A stretch of 64,000 bases of DNA from Pecten maximus (Eukaryota). Both the position numbers and the translations under genes were made by a program. Below the pieces are notes generated by a model that made no database searches, had not been told where the DNA came from, and saw only the letters and a list, made by a program, of their open reading frames with translations. Below are positions 54,401 through 64,000 of the stretch, piece by piece. The DNA lies in NCBI RefSeq assembly GCF_902652985.1, contig NC_047028.1:1302001-1366000 (forward strand). Direction: 5' to 3'. Numbering within the stretch: position 1 is the first letter of the stretch; the number at the start of each line of letters is the position of its first letter.

Positions 54401-57400
54401 TTGATTCTACAATAGATACTACAGTGTCTGTAACGTCATGTTGTTGATTCTACAATAGGATACTACAGTGTCTGTAACGTCTGTTGTTGATTCTACAAGA
54501 TACTACAGTGTCTGTATCAGTCAGTTGTTGATTCTACAATAGGTTCTACAGTGTCTGTATCGTCAGTTGTTGATTCTACAATAGGTACAACAGTGTCTGT
54601 ATCATCAGTTGTTGATTCTACAATAGGTTCTACAGTGTCTGTATCGTCACTTGTTGATTCTACAATAGATACTACAGTATCTGTATCGTCAGTTGTTGAT
54701 TATATAATAGGGACTACAGTGTCTGTATCGTCAGTTGTTGATTCTACAATAGGTACTACAGTGTCAGTATCGTCAGTTGTTGATTCTACAATAGGTACTA
54801 GAGTGTCTGTATCATTAGTTGTTGATTCTACAATAGGTACTACAGTGACTGTATCGTCATTTGTTGTTTCTACAATAGGTACTACTGTGTCTGTATCGTA
54901 TGTTGTTGATTCTACAGTAGATACTACAGTGTCTGTATCGTATGATGTTGATTCTACAATAGGTACTTAAGTGTCTGTATCGTCAGTTGTTGATTCTACA
55001 ATAGGTACTACAGTGTCTGCATCGTCAGTTGTTTATTCTACAGTAGATACTACAGTGTCTGTATCATCAGTTGTTGATTCTACAATAGTTACTACCTTGT
55101 CTGTATCGTCAGTTGTTGATTCTATAGTAGGTACTACAGTGTCTGTATCGTCAGTTGTTGATTCTTTAGTAGGTACTACAGTGTCTGTATCGCCAGTTGT
55201 TTATTCTACAGTAGATACTACAGTGTCTGTATCATCAGTTGTTGATTCTGCAATAGTTACTACAGTGTCTGTATCGTCAGTTGTTGATTCTATAGTACAT
55301 TTGTAGGTACTACAGTGTGTGTATCGTCAGTTGTTGATTCTACAATAGATACTACAGTGTGTGTATCGTCAGTTGTTGATTCTACAATAGATACTACAGT
55401 GTCTGTAGCGTCTGTTGTTGATTCTACAATAGATACTACAGTGTCTGAACGTCTGTTGTTGATTCTACAAGATACTACAGTGTCTGTAACGTCAGTTGTT
55501 GATTCTACAATAGGTTCTACAGTGTCTGTATCGTCAGTTGTTGATTCTACAATAGGTACTACAGTGTCTGTATCATCAGTTGTTGATTCTACAATAGGTT
55601 CTACAGTGTCTGTATCGTCAGTTATTGATTCAACAATAGGTACTACATTGTCTGTATCGTCAGTTGTTGATTCTACAATAGGTACTACAGTATTTGTATC
55701 GTCAGTTGTTGATTCTACAATAGGTACTACAGTGTCTGTAACGTCAGTTGTTGATTCTACAATAGGTTCTACAGTGTCTGTATCGTCAGTTGTTGATTCT
55801 ACAATAGGTACTACAGTGTCTGTATCATCAGTTGTTGATTCTACAATAGGTTCTACAGTGTCTGTATCGTCAGTTGTTGATTCTACAAAAGATACTACAG
55901 TGTCTGTATCGTCAGTTGTTGATTCTACAATAGGTTCTACAGTGTCTGTATCGTCACTTGTTGATTCTACAATAGATACTACAGTATCTGTATCGTCAGT
56001 TGTTGATTATATAATAGGGACTACAGTGTCTGTATCGTCAGTTGTTGATTCTACAATAGGTACTACAGTGTCAGTATCGTCAGTTGTTGATTCTACAATA
56101 GGTACTAGAGTGTCTGTATCATTAGTTGTTGATTCTACAATAGGTACTACAGTGACTGTATCGTCATTTGTTGTTTCTACAATAGGTACTACTGTGTCTG
56201 TATCGTATGTTGTTGATTCTACAGTAGATACTACAGTGTCTGTATCGTATGATGTTGATTCTACAATAGGTACTTAAGTGTCTGTATCGTCAGTTGTTGA
56301 TTCTACAATAGGTACTACAGTGTCTGCATCGTCAGTTGTTTATTCTACAGTAGATACTACAGTGTCTGTATCATCAGTTGTTGATTCTACAATAGTTACT
56401 ACCTTGTCTGTATCGTCAGTTGTTGATTCTATAGTAGGTACTACAGTGTCTGTATCGTCAGTTGTTGATTCTTAGTAGGTACTACAGTGTCTGTATCGCC
56501 AGTTGTTTATTCTACAGTAGATACTACAGTGTCTGTATCATCAGTTGTTGATTCTGCAATAGTTACCACAGTGTCTGTATCGTCAGTTGTTGATTCTATA
56601 GTACATTTGTAGGTACTACAGTGTGTGTATCGTCAGTTGTTGATTCTACAATAGATACTACAGTGTGTGTATCGTCAGTTGTTGATTCTACAATAGATAC
56701 TACAGTGTCTGTACCGTCTGTTGTTGATTCTACAATAGATACTACAGTGTCTGTACCGTCTGTTGTTGATTCTACAAGATACTACAGTGTCTGTAACGTC
56801 AGTTGTTGATTCTACAATAGGTTCTACAGTGTCTGTATCGTCAGTTGTTGATTCTACAATAGGTACTACAGTGTCTGTATCATCAGTTGTTGATTCTACA
56901 ATAGGTTCTACAGTGTCTGTATCGTCAGTTATTGATTCAACAATAGGTACTACATTGTCTGTATCGTCAGTTGTTGATTCTACAATAGGTACTACAGTGT
57001 TTGTATCGTCAGTTGTTGATTCTACAATAGGTACTACAGTGTCTGTAACGTCAGTTGTTGATTCTACAATAGGTTCTACAGTGTCTGTATCGTCAGTTGT
57101 TGATTCTACAATAGGTACTACAGTGTCTGTATCATCAGTTGTTGATTCTACAATAGGTTCTACAGTGTCTGTATCGTCAGTTGTTGATTCTACAAAAGAT
57201 ACTACAGTGTCTGTATCGTCAGTTGTTGATTCTACAATAGGTTCTACAGTGTCTGTATCGTCACTTGTTGATTCTACAATAGGTACTACAGTATCTGTAT
57301 CGTCAGTTGTTGATTATACAATAGGTACTACAGTGTCTGTATCGTCAGTTGTTGATTCTACAATAGGTACTACAGTGTCAGTATCGTCAGTTGTTGATTC

Positions 57401-60400
57401 TACAATAGGTACTAGAGTGTCTGTATCATTAGTTGTTGATTCTACAATAGGTACTACAGTGACTGTATCGTCATTTGTTGTTTCTACAATAGGTACTACT
57501 GTGTCTGTATCGTATGTTGTTGATTCTACAGTAGATACTACAGTGTCTGTATCGTATGATGTTGATCCTACAATAGGTACTTAAGTGTCTGTATCGTCAG
57601 TTGTTGATTCTACAATAGGTACTACAGTGTCTGCATCGTCAGTTGTTTATTCTACAGTAGATACTACTGTGTCTGTATCATCAGTTGTTGATTCTACAAT
57701 AGTTACTACCTTGTCTGTATCGTCAGTTGTTGATTCTATAGTAGGTACTACAGTGTCTGTATCGTCAGTTGTTGATTCTTTAGTAGGTACTACAGTGTCT
57801 GTATCGCCAGTTGTTTATTCTACAGTAGATACTACAGTGTCTGTATCATCAGTTGTTGATTCTGCAATAGTTACCACAGTGTCTGTATCGTCAGTTGTTG
57901 ATTCTATAGTACATTTGTAGGTACTACAGTGTGTGTATCGTCAGTTGTTGATTCTACAATAGATACTACAGTGTGTGTATCGTCAGTTGTTGATTCTACA
58001 ATAGATACTACAGTGTCTCTACCGTCTGTTGTTGATTCTACAATAGATACTACAGTGTCTGTACCGTCTGTTGTGATTTCTACAAGATACTAAAGTGTCT
58101 GTAAACGTCATTTGTGATACTACAATAGGTTCTACAGTGTCCTGTATCGTCAGTTGTTGATTCTACAAAAGATACTACAGTGTCTGTATCGTCAGTTGTT
58201 GATTCTACAATAGGTTCTACAGTGTCTGTATCGTCACTTGTTGATTCTACAATAGATACTACAGTATCTGTATCGTCAGTTGTTGATTATATAATAGGGA
58301 CTACAGTGTCTGTATCGTCAGTTGTTGATTCTACAATAGGTTCTACAGTGTCTGTATCGTCAGTTATTGATTCAACAATAGGTACTACATTGTCTGTATC
58401 GTCAGTTGTTGATTCTACAATAGGTACTACAGTGTTTGTATCGTCAGTTGTTGATTCTACAATAGGTACTACAGTGTCTGTATCGTCAGTTGTTGATTCT
58501 ACAATAGATACTACAGTGTCTGTATCGTCAGTTGTTGATTCTACAATAGGTACTACACTGTCTGTATCGTCAGTTATTGATTCTACAGTAGGTACTACAG
58601 TGTCTGTATCGTCAGTTGTTGATTCTACAATAGGTACTACAATGTCTGTATCGTATGTTGTAGATTCTACAATAGATACTACAGTGTCTGTATCGTATGT
58701 TGTTGATTCTACAGTAGATACTACAGTGTCTGTATCGTCCGTTGTTGATTCTACAGTATATACTACAGTGTCTGTATCGTCAGTTGTTGATTCTACAAAA
58801 GATACTACAGTGTCTGTATCGTCAGTTGTTGATTCTACAATAGGTACTACAGTGTCTGTATCGTCAGTTGTTGATTCTACAATAGATACTACAGTGTTTG
58901 TATCGTCAGTTGTTGATTCTACAATAGGTACTACAGTGTCTGTATCGTCAGTTGTTGATCCTACAATAGATACTACAGTGTCTGTATCGTCAGTTGTTGA
59001 TTCTACAATAGGTTCTACAGTGTCTGTATCGTCAGTTGTTGATTCTACAATAGATACTACAGTATTTACGTCATTTTTTGACTATAAAGGGACACAGTGT
59101 CTTTTCGGCATTGTTGATTCTACAATAGGACTACGTGTCGTACGCGTTGTTGTTTTCTACAATAGTCCTTTGTCTGTATCGCGTTTTTTATTCTAAAATG
59201 GGGTACTAGGTGCTGTTCTCTTGTTTGATTCTACAATGGACTACAGTTTGTTGTTGTTGTTGATTCTACAATAATATACTGTCTGTACGTCATTTTTTTG
59301 TTTCACATGGTACTACGGTCTGTACGATGTTGTTGATTCTAAAATAGATACTAAGTATCTGTACGTCAGTTGTTGATTCTACATGCTACATGACTGTACG
59401 CTTTGTTGTTCTACTGGACTACTGTGTCTTATGTAGTTTTTGTTTCTACATAGAACTCGTACGTACGTCCATTTTTTATTTCAATGGTACTACAGTGTCT
59501 TATCGTAGTTTTGTTTTTCCACAATAGAGTACTACTTTGTCTGTATCGTATGTTGTTGATTCTACAATAGATACTACAGTGTCTGTATCGTCAGTTGTTG
59601 ATTCTACAGTAGGTACTACAGTGTCTGTATCGTCAGTTGTTGATTCTACAATAGGTACTACGGTGTCTGTATCGTCAGTTGTTGATTCTACAATAGGTAC
59701 TACAGTGTCTGTATCGTATGTTTGTTGATTCTACGAATAGGCTACTACAGTGGCTGTATCGTCAGTTGTTGATTCTACAATAGATACTACAGTGTCTGTA
59801 TCGTCAGTTGTTGATTCTACAATAGGTACTACAGTGTCTGTGTCGTCAGTTGTTGATTCTACAATAGGTACTACAGTGTCTGTATCGTCAGTTGTTGATT
59901 CTACAATAGGCTACTACATTGCTGTATCAGTCAGTTGTTGATTCTACAATAGGATACTACAGTGTCTGTATCGTCAGTTGTTGATTCTACAATAGGCTAC
60001 TACAGTGGCTGTATCGTATGTTGTTGATTCTACAATAGGTACTACAGTGTCTGTATCGTCAGTTGTTGATTCTACAGTAGATACTACAGTGGCTGTATCG
60101 TATGTTGTTGATTCTACAGTACATACTACAGTGTCTGTATCGTCAGTTGTTGATTCTACAATAGGATACTACAGTGTCTGTATCGTCTGTTGTTGATTTC
60201 TACAATAGATACTACATGTGTCTGTATCGTCAGGTAGTTGATTCTACAATAGGTACTACAGTGTCTGTATCGTCAGTTTGTTGATTCTACAATAGGTACT
60301 ACAGTGTCTGTATCGTCATGTTGTTGATTCTACAATAGGTACTACTGTGTCTGTATCGTATGTTGTTGATTCTACAATAGATACTACAGTATCTGTATCG

Positions 60401-63400
60401 TCAGTTGTTGATTCTACAATAGGTACTACAGTGTCTGTATCGTCAGTTGTTGATTCTACAATAGGTACTACGGTGTCTGTATCGTCAGTTGTTGATTCTA
60501 CAATAGGTACTACAGTGTCTATATCGTATGTTGTTGATTCTAGAATGGCTACTACAGTGGCTGTATCGTCAGTTGTTGATTCTACAATAGATACTACAGT
60601 GTCTGTATCGTCAGTTGTTGATTCTACAATAGGTACTACAGTGTCTGTGTCGTCAGTTGTTGATTCTACAATAGGTACTACAGTGTCTGTATCGTCAGTT
60701 GTTGATTCTACAATGGCTACTACAGTGCTGTATCATCAGTTGTTGATTCTACAATAGATACTACAGTGTCTGTATCGTCAGTTGTTGATTCTACAATGGC
60801 TACTACAGTGGCTGTATCGTCAGTTGTTGATTCTACAATAGGTACTACAGTGTCTGTATCGTCAGTTGTTGATTCTACAGTAGATACTACAGTGGCTGTA
60901 TCGTATGTTGTTGATTCTACAGTACATACTACAGTGTCTGTATCGTCAGTTGTTGATTCTATAATAGATACTACAGTGTCTGTATCGTCTGTTGTTGATT
61001 CTACAATAGATACTACAGTGTCTGTATCGTCAGTTGTTGATTCTACAATAGGTACTACAGTGTCTGTATCGTCAGTTGTTGATTCTACAATAGGTACTAC
61101 AGTGTCTGTATCGTCAGTTGTTGATTCTACAATAGGTACTACTGTGTCTGTATCGTATGTTGTTGATTCTACAATAGATACTACAGTATCTGTATCGTCA
61201 GTTGTTGATTCTACAATAGGTACTACAGTGTCTGTATCGTATGTTGTTGATTCTACAATAGATACTACTGTGTCTGTATCGTATGTTGTTGATTCTGCAA
61301 TAGATACTACAGTGTCTGTATCGTCAGTTGTTGATTCTACAGTAGGTACTACAGTGTCTGTATCGTCAGTTGTTGATTCTACAATAGGTACTACGGTGTC
61401 TGTATCGTCAGTTGTTGATTCTACAATAGGTACTACAGTGTCTATATCGTATGTTGTTGATTCTAGAATGGCTACTACAGTGGCGGTATCGTCAGTTGTT
61501 GATTCTACAATAGATACTACAGTGTCTGTATCGTCAGTTGTTGATTCTACAATAGGTACTACAGTGTCTGTGTCGTCAGTTGTTGATTCTACAATAGGTA
61601 CTACAGTGTCTGTATCGTCAGTTGTTGATTCTACAATAGCTACTACAGTGGCTGTATCGTCAGTTGTTTATTCTACAATAGGTACTACAGTGTCTATATC
61701 GTATGTTGTTGATTCTACAATGGTACAAAACAGTGCGTATCATTAGTTTTGTTGTACATAATACACGTTCGTATCGTCAGTTTTGTTCTACATGGCTCTA
61801 CAGGGTTGTATCGTTAGTTTTTTTGTTTCACAATAAAACACAGGTCTGTTCGTCAGTTGTTGATTCTAAAAAAGACTACTAAAAAGTGCTGTATAAATCA
61901 TTGTTGATTCACAATAGATCACTTTCTGATCGTCTTGTTGATTCTCAATGGCTACTACATGTCTGATCGCGTTGTTGATTCACATAGGTACTCATTGTCT
62001 GTATCGCAGTTGTTGATTCTACAGTAATCTACAGGGCTGTTGTAGTTGTTGATTCACGAAATCTACATGTCTGTATCGCTTTTTGTTGATTCTACAATGG
62101 GTACTACAGTGTGTTTCGTCAGTTGTTTTTTTCTAAAAAATAGGTACTACGTGTCTTATCGTATGTTGTTGATTCAAAAAAAGATACTAAAATTCTTATC
62201 GTCATTTTGATTCTACGTGGGTACTACAGTGTCTGTATCGTCAGTTGTTGATTTCTACAATGGCTACTACAGTGTCTGTAATCGTAGTTGTTGATTCTAC
62301 AATAGGATACTACAGTGTCTGTATCGTCAGTTGTTGATTCTACAATAGGTACTACAGTGCTGTATCATCAGTTGTTGATTCTACAATAGATACTACAGTG
62401 TCTGTATCGTCAGTTGTTGATTCTACAATAGGCTACTACAGTGCTGTATCGTCAGTTTGTTGATTCTACAATAGGTACTACAGTGTCTGTATCGTCAGTT
62501 GTTGATTCTACATAGATACTACAGTAGGCTGTATCGTATGTTGTTGATTCTACAGTAGCTACTACAGTGTCTGTATCGTCAGTTGTTTGATTCTACAATA
62601 GATACTACAGTGTTCTGTATCGTATGTTGTTGATTCTACAATAGATACTACAGTAGTCTGTATCGTCAGTTGTTGATTCTACAATAGATACTACAGTGTC
62701 TGTATCGTCAGTTGTTGATTCTACAATAGGTACTACAGTGTTCTACAATAGGTACTACAGTGTCTATCGTAGTTGTTGATTCTACAATGGATACTACAGT
62801 GTCTGTATCGTCTGTTGTTTGATTCTACAATAGATACTACAGTGCCTGTATCGTCAGTTGTTGATTCTACAATAGGTACTACAGTGTCTGTATCGTCAGT
62901 TGTTGATTCTACATAGGATACTACAGTGTCTGTATCGTCAGTTGTTGATTCTACAATAGGTACTACAGTGTCTGTATCGTCAGTTGTTGATTCTACAATA
63001 GGTACTACAGTGTCTGTATCGTATGTTGTTGATTCTACAATAGGATACTACAGTGGCTGTATCGTCAGTTGTTGATTCTACAATAGGTACTACAGTGTCT
63101 GTATCGTCATGTTGTTGATTCTACAATAGCTACTACATGTGTCTGTATCGTAGTTGTTGATTCTACAATAGATACTTACAGTGTCTGTATCGTCAGTTGT
63201 TGATTCTACAGTAGGTACTACAGTGTCTGTATCGTCAGTTGTTGATTTCTACAATAGGTACTACAGTGTCTGTATCGTCAGTTGTTGATTCTACAATAGG
63301 ATACTACAGTGTCTGTATCGTCAGTTGTTGATTCTACAATAGGATACTACAGTGTCTGTATCGTCAGTTGTTGATTCTACAATAGGTACTACAGTGTCTG

Positions 63401-64000
63401 TATCGTCAGTTGTTGATTCTACAAGTAGTACTACAGTGTCTGTATCGTCAGTTGTTGATTCTACAATAGGTACTACAGTGTCTGTATCGTCAGTTGTTGA
63501 TTCTACAATAGGTACTACAGTGGTCTGTATCGTCAGTTGTTGATTCTACAATAGATACTACAGTGTCTGTATCGTCAGTTGTTGATTCTACAATAGGTAC
63601 TACAGTGATCTGTATCGTCAGTTGTTGATTCTACAATAGGTACTACATTGTCTGTATCGTCAGTTGTTGATTCTACAATAGGTACTAGAGTGTCTGTATC
63701 GTCAGTTGTTGATTCTACAATAGGTACTACAGTGTCTGTATCGTATGTTGTTGATTCTACAATAGATACTACAGTGTCTGTATCGTCAGTTGTTGATTCT
63801 ACAATAGGTACTACAGTGTCTGTATCGTCAGTTGTTGATTCTACAATAGATACTACAGTGGCTGTATCGTCAGTTGTTGATTCTACAATAGGTACTACAG
63901 TGTCTGTATCGTCAGTTGTTGATTCTACAATAGGTACTACAGTGTCTGTATCGTCAGTTGTTGATTCTACAATAGGTACTACAGTGTCTGTATCGTCAGT
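48490..64000. repeat. 42-bp satellite array (>15 kb, runs off the window) with a 1307-bp higher-order repeat at ~54060-58400
   Basis: Unit GTGTCTGTATCGTCAGTTGTTGATTCTACAATAGGTACTACA; variant GGTACTTAA recurs at 54970, 56277 and 57584 (1307-bp spacing). Confidence 0.98.

Noticed and set aside
49810-62230. Four degenerate tracts in the satellite (~49810-50300, 53540-54060, 59060-59530, 61730-62230) as old diverged satellite domains
   Set aside because: Each is ~500 bp with sharp edges and is deletion-rich, as expected from window-based consensus failure in long-read polishing. Treated as an artefact pending raw reads.
48424-64000. Long ORFs on both strands of the satellite (VSVSSVVDSTIGTT / VESTTDDTDTVVPI) as a mucin or acidic shell-matrix protein
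   Set aside because: The 42-bp unit is simply stop-free in these frames. Variants that are faithfully duplicated in the higher-order repeat include stops and frameshifting indels, and there is no signal peptide or splice context.

Overview
Eukaryotic, AT-rich, intron-containing DNA. The repeat types suggest a bivalve mollusc, which is an inference. There are two host genes, both on the minus strand: a 5-exon SLC16/monocarboxylate-transporter-like gene (215-6467) and an intact 5-exon cytosolic sulfotransferase (12680-28235, 297 aa). A young but inactivated Mag-like Gypsy element (7813-12642) sits 37 bp past the sulfotransferase stop codon. Sulfotransferase intron 1 holds two minisatellites and a nest: Helentron-type HINE > IS3EU-like element > SINE plus an 88-bp foldback MITE. 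Just upstream of the gene is a 19-kb three-level nest: a non-autonomous LTR element (28619-47650) > an ISL2EU/PIF-Harbinger-type transposon with a THAP-DDE transposase and a SWIM-YqaJ-PHD gene (32953-46352) > a 7.1-kb Tc1 (DD34E) element (39059-46142). The Tc1 element carries, inside its TIRs, a spliced BEND5-like BEN-domain gene convergent with the transposase, and its TIRs contain repeated GGAGTGCACTCC palindromes. This two-gene Tc1+BEN element is the best candidate for an undescribed system. The last 15.5 kb is a 42-bp satellite with a 1307-bp higher-order repeat. Several frameshifts lie in homopolymers and probably reflect assembly error. All calls come from manual reading, with no database searches.
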